A stretch of 64,000 bases of DNA from positions 64,929-128,928 of the forward strand of contig JBAYHC010000004.1 in NCBI GenBank assembly GCA_041666325.1, given 5' to 3'. This document shows, piece by piece, positions 36,231-45,152 of the stretch; the stretch's first letter is position 1, and each line of letters opens with the position of its first letter. Source of the DNA: Patescibacteria group bacterium (GTDB taxonomy: Bacteria; Patescibacteriota; UBA1384; XYA2-FULL-43-10; 1-14-0-10-43-13). A program made the position numbers and the translations under genes. Below the pieces are notes generated by a model. It worked only from the letters and a program-made list of their open reading frames with translations, had not been told where the DNA came from and did no database searches.

Positions 36231-36420
36231 GCCTCCTTATCGTTAACGATAGAAACCCTTTGATCATTATAATGCGTATCATTCCCCCAGAGCAACCTTT
36301 TAGCTTTTGTCGTATTGCGAACAACTGAGTGTTTGTCCAAAAGCGCAACACCCCGTTCCTTGTCTTTTTTGAAAAGAAATGTTAACATTCGATCGCCAGG
36401 CACTAATGTTTTGAGATCAT

Positions 36421-36494
36421 TCCGAGATCGTCTAGTGGCAGGACAGCGGATTCTGGCTCCGCTAACCTAGGTTCGAATCCTAGTCTCGGAACCA
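36421..36494 (+). tRNA. tRNA-Gln(CTG)
   Basis: TCCGAGA acceptor stem, GCGGA-TTCTGGC-TCCGC anticodon arm, GGTTCGAATCC, CCA. Confidence 0.96.
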
Positions 36495-36690
36495 AGAAAA
36501 GAGCTTTCATTGAGAGCTCTTTTCTTGGTTTGTAGGATTCGAACTGGGAAGGGGTCGGGAAACGGGAGTTTCCCGTGTCGGAAGGTTGGGAAACCGAGGG
36601 TTTCCCAAAGCGAGACGTAGAAGCGAGCGCTCGAGATCCTAGTCTCGGAACCAAGAAAAGCACTCTCAATGAAAGTGCTCTTCTTGGTTA
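36477..36690 (+). repeat. tRNA-Gln-linked structured element with duplicated tRNA 3' end
   Basis: 25-bp direct repeat at 36477-36501 and 36636-36660, each continuing into a hairpin; 32-bp core at 36544-36575 identical to 61537-61568 (minus strand). Confidence 0.85.
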
Positions 36691-37051
36691 ATCAAGACTA
36701 CTCAAATTTGCTCGTATACGTATTTTAACTCGGCCCCAGGACTCAATAATTTCTCCATTTATTTAGTCCTATGAGAGCAATTTTTTTCAATTAAGCGTTT
36801 GGAATCTGCTTGTCTCCATAAATCCAAGCGGAACTCGCTGTAAGCTAGAGTTGGAGCCACAAGGACCTGTTCAAATACTTTTTCCTGAAGCGAGAGCGAG
36901 ATGATATCAGGCGAAAAACAGGAATTGTGAGGAGGAATAGCCAAAAGCTATTATGACAAGCAATTCGTGCTTTGCAGCCGAAATCAGCCGCTCACAGCTA
37001 TCGGACACAAGTGTTTGGGCAGGTCCCAATGCTCGGAAAGGAGGTGAGAAT

Positions 37052-37858
37052 ATGCAGATAAGACTGAGGACACGAATGACAATCTGGCTCATAGCAGCGA
37101 TAATTGCAGTTGGCGGATCAATAGGTCTCGGCTCTAATTCAGCTGAGGCGCACGACTGCGCTTGTAGCTGTGGGCAGCAGGTTCAAACCACAACAAAACG
37201 GGTTATCGCCGCACCTAAAAAATTCAGACACAGAAAGGTTGTTCATCAGGCCCCGATCGAGAAAAGAATTATAGTCAAAAAGGTTGTCGTCAAAGAAGTA
37301 GTTCATGAGCCGATTGAGAAAACCGTCATCGTGAAGGAGCCGGTGGTGCTGCGTGAAAGCATTGTCAATGAAGGACCAGTTGTTGTCGAAAAGAAGGTAA
37401 TCGTGAAGGAGCCGGTGGTGGTTAAAGAGCCAACCATTATCAAGGAAACAAAGGTGATTAAAGAACCCGTTATAATCAAAGAAAAAGTAGTAATCAAGGA
37501 GCCTGTTGTCGTCAAGGAAAAAGTAATTATCAAAGAACCGATAATAATCAAGAAGCCCATCATTATCAAAGAACCGGTCGTGATTAAGGAACCGGTAATA
37601 ATCAAAGAGCCGGTCATTATCAAACAACCAACCCCCGCTGTTCAACAGCCGATTCAGCACAACGAGATTACGGATATCGAGCGAACAACAATAAGAAGCG
37701 GTGACGACGTCAACGTTTCTACCCGCTCAGTCAACACGATCAATGCAAGAGGATCAAGTTTCAACCGAATCTACAACGCTGATCGTCAAAGTATTTCGGC
37801 CGATGGTGATGTTAGTGTTAGTAACACCAATATCAACACAATAAACGCAAGGTTCTAG
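37052..37858 (+). CDS. exported protein with KEPVII-type hexapeptide repeats
   Basis: AAGGAGGTG SD, signal peptide ending AEA, HDCACSC, 16 hexapeptide units, duplicated C-terminal NTINAR motif. Confidence 0.85.
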   Translation: MQIRLRTRMTIWLIAAIIAVGGSIGLGSNSAEAHDCACSCGQQVQTTTKRVIAAPKKFRHRKVVHQAPIEKRIIVKKVVVKEVVHEPIEKTVIVKEPVVLRESIVNEGPVVVEKKVIVKEPVVVKEPTIIKETKVIKEPVIIKEKVVIKEPVVVKEKVIIKEPIIIKKPIIIKEPVVIKEPVIIKEPVIIKQPTPAVQQPIQHNEITDIERTTIRSGDDVNVSTRSVNTINARGSSFNRIYNADRQSISADGDVSVSNTNINTINARF

Positions 37859-37956
37859 GTACAACCAACTTAGATAACTTAACTAAGGCCCCGCTCGGGG
37901 CTTTGGTGTATAACTTAGGCAAAAGGCGAAAGGAAAGCAAATATATGGCCCTCTTG

Positions 37957-37998
37957 CGCCCGCATGCATCGCCTGGAGCGAAGCGACTGCGGGCAGGC
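37957..37998 (+). repeat. 42-bp dispersed palindromic repeat, copy 3 (before gmk)
   Basis: CGCCCGCATGCATCGCCTGGAGCGAAGCGACTGCGGGCAGGC. Confidence 0.9.
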
Positions 37999-38040
37999 CT
38001 CTCACACTTACGCCTAATATATGCTATAATCCCTCATATC

Positions 38041-38616
38041 ATGAACAATAAACCACCCCTAATCGTTATCGTTTCCGGCCCGTCAGGGGCAGGCAAAAAT
38101 TCTGTCGTCGCACCACTGCGAGCAAAGACCGATGATTTTGCTTTTTCTATTTCTTACACAACAAGACAAACAATTCGCCCCGACGAAATCGATGGGCGAG
38201 ACTATCATTTTGTGAGTAGCGCTGAGTTCGCTCATTCTATCCAGAAAGAAGAATTTTTGGAGTGGCAAGATGTCTTTGAAAACCGTTATGGCACCAAAAG
38301 GTCTGATTTTGAGAAGCTTCTTACAACAAACAAGACTGTTGTTGCTCTCCTGGACGTTAAGGGAGCGATGTGCGTAAAGGGGGAGTACCCAAATGTTGTA
38401 ACTGTTTTTGTTATGCCGCCCGATTTAGACATCGCCTCAGAACGGCTGGAGAAGCGGGCAACGGACTCCGAAACGTCTCGGAATATCCGCAAAGAAAGAT
38501 ATGCCCTAGAAATGGACTACAAGGACAAATACGACTATATTATTGTCAACGACGACCTACCAATGGCCCAGCAAGAACTCTCTAGCATTATCAGTAGCAG
38601 ATTGCTCAAAAATTAG
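38041..38616 (+). CDS. gmk: guanylate kinase
   Basis: VSGPSGAGK, SISYTTR, EIDGRDYHFVS, NRYGT, YDYIIVNDDL. Confidence 0.95.
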   Translation: MNNKPPLIVIVSGPSGAGKNSVVAPLRAKTDDFAFSISYTTRQTIRPDEIDGRDYHFVSSAEFAHSIQKEEFLEWQDVFENRYGTKRSDFEKLLTTNKTVVALLDVKGAMCVKGEYPNVVTVFVMPPDLDIASERLEKRATDSETSRNIRKERYALEMDYKDKYDYIIVNDDLPMAQQELSSIISSRLLKN

Positions 38617-38664
38617 AAAGGCTCCCGCATTTAAGGAAGCCTTTCTCGCTTGAATATTGAGCAC

Positions 38665-38931
38665 TTATCGCAGTACGTTAACCCATTTCAAGACGGCGAT
38701 AAGTACGACTGCCCCAACGACGCCCCACAACAACCCGAAGAGTGAGAGCGTTCCGGCGGCAGCAGCAGAACCGATGCCCAATAGATTGAAGAAGATAAAC
38801 CTGGCCAACAACGCTCCGATTATTCCAACTATCACGTTGGCCAGTATTCCCTGCTGTTCATCGGTTCTCATAACCATGCTTGCTAGCCAGCCGACGATTC
38901 CGCCGACAATGATGGCTACTAATATATCCAT
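38665..38931 (-). CDS. GlsB/YeaQ/YmgE (transglycosylase-associated) membrane protein
   Basis: IIVGGIVGWLAS...NVIVGIIGALL...VVGAVVLI. Confidence 0.9.
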   Translation of the reverse strand: MDILVAIIVGGIVGWLASMVMRTDEQQGILANVIVGIIGALLARFIFFNLLGIGSAAAAGTLSLFGLLWGVVGAVVLIAVLKWVNVLR

Positions 38932-39198
38932 TGTGCCTCCCGATTTATTACAAGATGCGCAAGTTACCCAAAGGACACACGCTGCGCAACAAAAGGGTAA
39001 TACTTCGAAGGTTCCTGTTTGTCAAAGCTTCGGGCCCGACAACTACCTGACACTCATCGGCTAGCACCCTTTTATTTCATTATGGGCACTTCTCCCTCTT
39101 AATTATACCATTCGTATTCAAGTTGTTTTCTCAACAATTCCCCGCTCCCAGAAACGACAAAAGTGCTGGCAAAAATAGATCTCTGGTACAACAAAAGG

Positions 39199-41001
39199 CT
39201 ATTGAGTGCGTCCAAGTTTTTTTGCCAGCACCCTGGCTTCTGCGAGAAGAGCCGCTACCTCCAAAAGCCCCTTTTCCCAGAAAGTCTTGTCCTCAATGTC
39301 AACACCGAGCCCTCTAAAAATATTTGTGGGCGAATCAGATAACCCCGCCGAAAAAAATACTTTTACCTTCTGCATAAATTTGTGATCTCGCCTGACTGAG
39401 CTTTGCAATGATTTCGAAATTAATAATCCGCTAGCATAGGAGTAGACATAGAAGAATGTTCTAAAGTGCTGCCAGTAAACCCACCAGTTCTCTGATCCGC
39501 TCGTTTGCTCAACCGCCGAACCCATATAGTCAGCCATGTGCTTCTGGAAGATAGCACCTATCTCCTCCTTAGAGAGATAGCCCTTCTCCCTCAGAGCATT
39601 GTGTAGTTCTTTCTCGAATTGATATGCTGCCACCTGTCGAAAGATTGTGGCAATATCATCATCGAGTTTGGCAACCATGAACGCCAGCTTGGTCTCCTCG
39701 TCAGCCTCTCCCCGTAATTCCTCGAGCGCAAAGTCCTCCATAAATGTACTCGCCACCTCGGCCGTGGACAAAGGAGTGCCGAAGTTCAACGCATTTTGCT
39801 TTGCCTTGATCAGTTCATCGTTAATACCGTGTCCCATTTCGTGAGCAAAGGTAGACACGTCCCCAGCCTTGTTGGTGTAATTCAAGAAAACATAAATCGG
39901 CTGAGATATCAGGTTGCCCATGCAAAAAGCGCCACCGTGCTTGCCCTGACGAGGATAGACGTCGATTCTACCTTCATCAACGAAACGCTCGAATATCTGG
40001 CTAAACTCCGGATCAAGGTTCGAAAAAACTTTGCGCAGCAGCACGACGGCATCTTCATATGAATATTCTTTGTTGATATCGCCATAGACGAGGCTGCGCC
40101 AATGGTAGGGAAGGGATTTCACACCAAACAGCTCAGCCTTAAACTGGTAGAAATCCCTCGAAATTGAAAAGTGATCGGAGACCGCCTCGACAAGCGCATC
40201 AACACTGGTTGAGCTGATATCATCGCTCAAATGTCTAGCAGCATCGGGCCGCACAAAGCCCCGCAGCTCGTCGTTAATTTTTTTGTCTTGCAAAATTGAG
40301 TTAATCTCCGCCTCAGCCACATCAACATATTTGACCAAGACCTCGTTGATTGCCTTGCCCGCGCTATCGCACACGTCAGTATTGCTTGTTTGGAGCATGT
40401 TCTGAATTTCGGAGAAACTTTTTTTCTCTCTCGTGCCCTCCTCGGTCAAAACCTCTCGAGTTTCGCGGGAAAGAAATCCGGAGGTCATTTTGCGCCAGTT
40501 GGAATAGGCCGGCGTCGACTTGAGGTTTAATATCTTCTCCTCGTCCTCGCCCAAGAGATATTGAGCCTCAGCAAAAAGCTTCTCCAAAAAGTGATGATAA
40601 GCAGAGAGCTCCTTGCTCTCCAGAAAGGTTTTCTGCCTGTCAGCCGGCACCTTGGCAAGCCTCAAGACGAAGAACTGCATCTCGTTCTCGCATTTAATCG
40701 AAAAATCATTTATCTGGTTATACTTTGCCTTTAGCTCGGGATTGTTCTCGTCTTGCTGGGTTCGAAGGTAGTAGTAATATCTCTCTCCGCCACCGTTAGA
40801 ATAGACCCGCTCCCACTCATCATATTCAGACAGTGCCTCACTAAGAACCTCCGGCTTCTCCAAATAATCGTTTCTGTTTCGCCACTTCTCAACGAATTCC
40901 TTGAGTTTGTTTTCTATCTCTCGACGCTCATCTTGCGCCTTCTCGTCACTCTCAAATAGCGGCGACAGGTTCCACTCTGTTTGATATTTTCCGTGATTCA
41001 T
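39199..41001 (-). CDS. pepF: M3 family oligoendopeptidase F
   Basis: WNLSPLF, GKHGGAFC, HEMGH, AEVASTF, FYVYSYASG. Confidence 0.93.
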   Translation of the reverse strand: MNHGKYQTEWNLSPLFESDEKAQDERREIENKLKEFVEKWRNRNDYLEKPEVLSEALSEYDEWERVYSNGGGERYYYYLRTQQDENNPELKAKYNQINDFSIKCENEMQFFVLRLAKVPADRQKTFLESKELSAYHHFLEKLFAEAQYLLGEDEEKILNLKSTPAYSNWRKMTSGFLSRETREVLTEEGTREKKSFSEIQNMLQTSNTDVCDSAGKAINEVLVKYVDVAEAEINSILQDKKINDELRGFVRPDAARHLSDDISSTSVDALVEAVSDHFSISRDFYQFKAELFGVKSLPYHWRSLVYGDINKEYSYEDAVVLLRKVFSNLDPEFSQIFERFVDEGRIDVYPRQGKHGGAFCMGNLISQPIYVFLNYTNKAGDVSTFAHEMGHGINDELIKAKQNALNFGTPLSTAEVASTFMEDFALEELRGEADEETKLAFMVAKLDDDIATIFRQVAAYQFEKELHNALREKGYLSKEEIGAIFQKHMADYMGSAVEQTSGSENWWVYWQHFRTFFYVYSYASGLLISKSLQSSVRRDHKFMQKVKVFFSAGLSDSPTNIFRGLGVDIEDKTFWEKGLLEVAALLAEARVLAKKLGRTQ

Positions 41002-41142
41002 TCTTGTTTCCTTCTATCTCCCTCGCCCCCTGGGTGAGGGTGAGGGTGAGGGTAATGATCAAGTTGATACTACCTTATTCTAGCACAAAACGCCGCCCCG
41101 GAGACTTTCGGGGCGGCCGTGTTGATGAGATATTTTTGGATA

Positions 41143-41715
41143 TTAGTCCCAATCGCCACTCCGTATCATCCCATAGTGCTCCAATACCCGGATAGCCAAT
41201 CTGGGCTCTTTCCCTTTTAACTGTTGGAACACTTGGTAGACCTCCCGATGATCTTCGGGCGAAAGGCCATGGAAAAGTTCATCCTCAAGATCAGGGCAAA
41301 TCTTAACGACTGCGAGAAGGCAACGAAGATTGATGCAAGCAACTTGATTACCCATAATCCGTGTATACGGCGGCCTAAAAAATTCTTTTCTTAGAGCTTC
41401 CTGTATTTCTCTAAGTCTCTCCGGTACCAGATCGGCAATTTGTGCTGACAACCAGAGGAAGGTTGACGCAATTTCAGCTGCCGATTCTGGCAGGTCACGG
41501 GCGATCTGAATCATAACCTCATCCCTAAAACTCAGATGCGCCAACTCTACCGCCTTATCGGGGAAAGCCATGGCTAGTTCATAGTACTTTCCCGACTCTG
41601 ACGCGATCCAGTTGAGAAGACCAGGGTATTGCCTAGCGAGCTCAATCGCACTATCGGGGTTGTCGTGTAGCCGTCGAACTACTGCACAACGCTCTCCTTT
41701 AGTAATGCTGTTCAC
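41143..41715 (-). CDS. hypothetical short-helical-repeat protein
   Basis: 190-aa ORF with PDSAIELA/PDKAVELA/PESAAEIA repeats. Confidence 0.6.
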   Translation of the reverse strand: MNSITKGERCAVVRRLHDNPDSAIELARQYPGLLNWIASESGKYYELAMAFPDKAVELAHLSFRDEVMIQIARDLPESAAEIASTFLWLSAQIADLVPERLREIQEALRKEFFRPPYTRIMGNQVACINLRCLLAVVKICPDLEDELFHGLSPEDHREVYQVFQQLKGKEPRLAIRVLEHYGMIRSGDWD

Positions 41716-41861
41716 TTTTCCCCCTATTCCGCATTGTCAAGCCAGCCTATTCCAGCCTGATTGAGGTATTGTAGATTAGTTGCTACTAATATTCAAGTGT
41801 TTCCACTTGTTTTGTGGTGGTTTTATGCTAACATTGGGGCAGCTATCACTATATTTGTTTT

Positions 41862-41938
41862 GTCATCGCTGGTCGAGTCAGGAATTCAATGATATTAATT
41901 TCTAGATTCCTGATCGAGAAGCCCCCGCCTGGAATGAC
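41862..41938. repeat. GTCAT...ATGAC palindromic element
   Basis: Terminal GTCAT/ATGAC and internal TCAGGAAT/ATTCCTGA inverted pair. Confidence 0.55.
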
Positions 41939-41950
41939 AGAGGAGTAATT

Positions 41951-42688
41951 ATGTATCGAATCTTAAAGCAGATAGGTTTAACCTCAAAAGAAGCAGAGGC
42001 GTATGAGGCCCTGCTTCGGCTTGGCGAAGTGCCAGTTTCGGAGATCGTTAGGGAGACAGGTGATCATTCGCAGATCATTTATCGAGCAATAGATGGATTG
42101 GTTGCTCTTGGCTTAGTTGCAGTCTCCTATCAGCAACATCGAAAATTTGTGAAGGCCGAGGACCCAACTACTTTGGAGCGGCTCGAGGAGAAACGATTGG
42201 AGGAGCTTCGACTAGTGGTGCCAGAGTTATTGTCAATTCAAAGACAAGCTCACAATACCTCAATCATCAGGACAAGCAAGGGCAATGAGGCGATTAGAGC
42301 AATGAGACTGGATAGCCTGGAGAGATTAAAAGCGGGAGACTGTTACTACGCCATTGGAGCAACTGGAGACCGGTACTTAGAAGCAATGGGCCAGTATTAT
42401 TATGAGCAAACCGAGAGACGCCGGATCAAAAAAAAGATTCAGCGCAAAATGCTCTCTTATGACAATCAACGAGATAGATGGGAGTACGCCAAACCGTATA
42501 AAGAACTAGCTGAGACTCGATATCTGCCGGAGAGCTATACTATCCCCGCAACTACTAATATCCATGCGGATGTGGTGACAATTATCATTTGGGATGATAT
42601 TCCGGTAGTGGTGACAATTGAAAGCAAAGCTATTGCCGAAAGTTACTTGCACTATTTTCATATGCTCTGGCAGATCGCTAAACTTTAA
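41951..42688 (+). CDS. TrmB family transcriptional regulator
   Basis: IGLTSKEAEAYEALL...IYRAIDGLVALGLV; IESKAIAESYLHYFHMLW. Confidence 0.88.
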   Translation: MYRILKQIGLTSKEAEAYEALLRLGEVPVSEIVRETGDHSQIIYRAIDGLVALGLVAVSYQQHRKFVKAEDPTTLERLEEKRLEELRLVVPELLSIQRQAHNTSIIRTSKGNEAIRAMRLDSLERLKAGDCYYAIGATGDRYLEAMGQYYYEQTERRRIKKKIQRKMLSYDNQRDRWEYAKPYKELAETRYLPESYTIPATTNIHADVVTIIIWDDIPVVVTIESKAIAESYLHYFHMLWQIAKL

Positions 42689-42857
42689 TTTTTCAGTGCA
42701 CGATAAAAATGTGTCACTTCTTACATCCCGACGAAGCCACTTGAAGCTACGACAGAGAAATTGACAAACATTTTACAATTGATAATTGGGCCTACCAAAC
42801 GGCCACGGCCAAATGCCTGAGACACTCTGGGCACCGGTGTAACAGCCTTAGAACTAG

Positions 42858-43793
42858 TTATAGTCCGGCATTAGTCAAAATACGGCGGTGGATCTCGAAG
42901 GCGGCGAGAGCCCCTTCGCCGCCGGCGATAATCGCCTGATCGGGACCATTATTGCACGGTCCAACGGCGAACAAATTGTGATGCGAGCTTTCGAGTGAAT
43001 GGAAATCAACCTTAATATAGCCGTCATCATCACGTTCCACCTCGATGCCGCCTTCATCCAGAAAACGGTCCAGCCTCTCATGTCCGAGCATGGTAAAAAT
43101 CGCCTCTGCCTGAATCCGTGTGCCATCTTCTAAAATAATGTGTTCCAGATAGCCTTCATCCCCTTGCAGCTGGCTGATTGGGCTAACATAGGTATCTATG
43201 CCGTTTTTCTTGGCTCTACTCATCATCCCCGCACTGAATGCAGACGCTTTGTCAGAGAGAATTACCGCAATAGCTGATTCCGGCCTCATAAACTTAAAAA
43301 TCAACGCCTCTGAGATTGTTCGATCATTGTTGCCGACAACAGCAATTTTTTTGCGCCTATTTTGATACCAATCACAGGCAGGGCAGTGAAAAACAGAGTG
43401 ATCAAAAAACTCGTCAGGAATATCAATCGGCGGGATCGGATCAACAACTCCAACCGCCACAATGACATACCGGGCTTGATATTTATTTCCCTCCTCCGTC
43501 ACGACGTCAAAACCATCTCCGCTAAACCTGACAGTGGTCACCCTCTCTTCCTTGCACTCAATCGGCAGATTGGCGATCTGCTCTCGGATGCGCCGCAAGA
43601 AATCCTGACCGGGCGTCACCTCGGCATGACCAAGAAAGTTCTTGAGGTTTGTCGCCACCGCCGTTCTGCCGGTAATTTTTTCCGGAACATCAAAAAGGAT
43701 GACCTCGTGGCAGAAACGAGCAAGGTAGATAGCCGCACTCGATCCAGCCGGTCCGCCGCCAATAATAATTGTTTTATCCTGAAAATTATCCAT
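42858..43793 (-). CDS. thioredoxin reductase-like NAD(P)/FAD-dependent oxidoreductase
   Basis: IIGGGPAG, HCPACD redox CxxC, LFAVG...QAIIAGGEG. Confidence 0.88.
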   Translation of the reverse strand: MDNFQDKTIIIGGGPAGSSAAIYLARFCHEVILFDVPEKITGRTAVATNLKNFLGHAEVTPGQDFLRRIREQIANLPIECKEERVTTVRFSGDGFDVVTEEGNKYQARYVIVAVGVVDPIPPIDIPDEFFDHSVFHCPACDWYQNRRKKIAVVGNNDRTISEALIFKFMRPESAIAVILSDKASAFSAGMMSRAKKNGIDTYVSPISQLQGDEGYLEHIILEDGTRIQAEAIFTMLGHERLDRFLDEGGIEVERDDDGYIKVDFHSLESSHHNLFAVGPCNNGPDQAIIAGGEGALAAFEIHRRILTNAGL

Positions 43794-44000
43794 TCTTTTC
43801 CTCCCTGCTGATAAGCAGGTAATTATAAAGGGTATAATACCCCGGGGGCAAGTCCTGACCCAAGATTTCGTAGCAACATACGGGTTATTAACCCTTTGTT
43901 ACGCCCTGATTCTACGTCTTTTATATCTTGTAATAGCAAGAATTCAAGAATTGGATAATTCAACAAAAAAAAGACAGTAAGCACCCACGGCTTGACCGTC

Positions 44001-45125
44001 TTAGTTTGTTAGTTCTAAATAGAGCTGTTCCAGTCTGTCGGTCACAGATGGCCAGCTGAATTGCTTGATTCTTTCCCTTCCCTCAGTGACAAGATGACTG
44101 GCAAGATCTTTGTCGCCCAGAATTCGCAGAGTTGCGCTACCGATCTCCGCAGGAAAGCGCGGTCTCACGAGCAGTCCGCTCTTTTCGTTTTCGATCACAT
44201 CAGGAATTCCGCCGACTCTTGTCGCCACAACCGGCACCTTCATCGCCATTGCCTCGAGAAGAACGATGCCAAACGTCTCCGCAAGAGAGGGAAGGACGAA
44301 AACGTCCCAGTGCTTAAGATACTTCTCCACATCTTTCTTGTGCCCCAAGAGCGAGATATGATGTTCTAGGCCTAATTTATTGATAAACCTCTCCAGTGAC
44401 TGACGATCTTCTCCATCGCCGATTATCTCGAGAGTGGCAAGCGGGTATTTTTTGATAATCCCAGACATTGCCTCAATCAAAAATCTGTGCCCCTTCTGAG
44501 AATTAAGGTTGCCAATGGAGCCAATGATTGGGTTGTTGGTTTTTTGCTTCTCTGCGCGGGACCTCGGCTCAAAGTCTCTAAGGTCAACCGCATTTGGAAT
44601 GACAACAATCCGCTCTCGCCTAACCAACCCTTCGTCAATTAAAAATTTCCTCACCGACTCGGAGACAGCGATAACCGCGTCTGTGTTATGGTTTAGCCAG
44701 CCAAGGATTTTCTTCTGGACCCACTCATTAATAGGGCTCCCAAGATGAAAATCGGAGTCAAAACGATGCTCAGTGTACACATAACAAACCCCCGGGATTC
44801 GCTTCAGACGGGAGAACAAGCTTGCTCTCGAACCGTGCGAGTGAACGATCATCGGCCCGAACGGATCGTTCTCTGCCCGAATTTCTTCGATTATTCCATG
44901 GAAGCCAGACATGGCACGAAGATCAAATTTTGACTTGAAAGAAAGGGTGTAGACCTTCGTGCCAGCTATCTTCCTCGCCTCTTGGTTGAGATAACCGGCA
45001 GGGCAGATGAGATAGCAATCGAATCTGCTTCGATCCAAATTGGCGAGCAAACCAAGAATATGCTTCGGCCCCCCACCTAAGCCGGAATCAGCGATAACCT
45101 GAATAACTTTTATTTTACGCCTCAT
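44001..45125 (-). CDS. glycosyltransferase family 4
   Basis: GGGPKH, IAVS, VIPNAVD, KGH, ETFGIVLLEAMA...VATRVGG. Confidence 0.95.
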   Translation of the reverse strand: MRRKIKVIQVIADSGLGGGPKHILGLLANLDRSRFDCYLICPAGYLNQEARKIAGTKVYTLSFKSKFDLRAMSGFHGIIEEIRAENDPFGPMIVHSHGSRASLFSRLKRIPGVCYVYTEHRFDSDFHLGSPINEWVQKKILGWLNHNTDAVIAVSESVRKFLIDEGLVRRERIVVIPNAVDLRDFEPRSRAEKQKTNNPIIGSIGNLNSQKGHRFLIEAMSGIIKKYPLATLEIIGDGEDRQSLERFINKLGLEHHISLLGHKKDVEKYLKHWDVFVLPSLAETFGIVLLEAMAMKVPVVATRVGGIPDVIENEKSGLLVRPRFPAEIGSATLRILGDKDLASHLVTEGRERIKQFSWPSVTDRLEQLYLELTN

Positions 45126-45152
45126 CGTACCCTCCTAGGTCGCAATCATGAT

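Noticed and set aside
36494-36660. Prophage or genomic island bounded by attL/attR at tRNA-Gln (and likewise at tRNA-Arg)
   Set aside because: Repeats are only 159 and 267 bp apart with no integrase or cargo; reported as mini-elements instead
36403-36669. 88-aa minus-strand ORF with internal repeat LFLVPRLG
   Set aside because: Antisense translation of tRNA-Gln and its duplicated 3' end
37238-37630. 18-bp periodic DNA as a CRISPR array or VNTR
   Set aside because: No unique spacers or constant repeat; periodicity is explained by the hexapeptide protein repeat with varied codons
37139-37660. Repetitive minus-strand ORFs (FDNDRLFDYY..., TGSLII...)
   Set aside because: Shadows of the plus-strand repeat gene, which has the SD and signal peptide
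39020-39062. Hammerhead ribozyme (CCGATGAG...CGAAG on the minus strand)
   Set aside because: The core deviates from CUGAUGA/GAAA and the required stems could not be built
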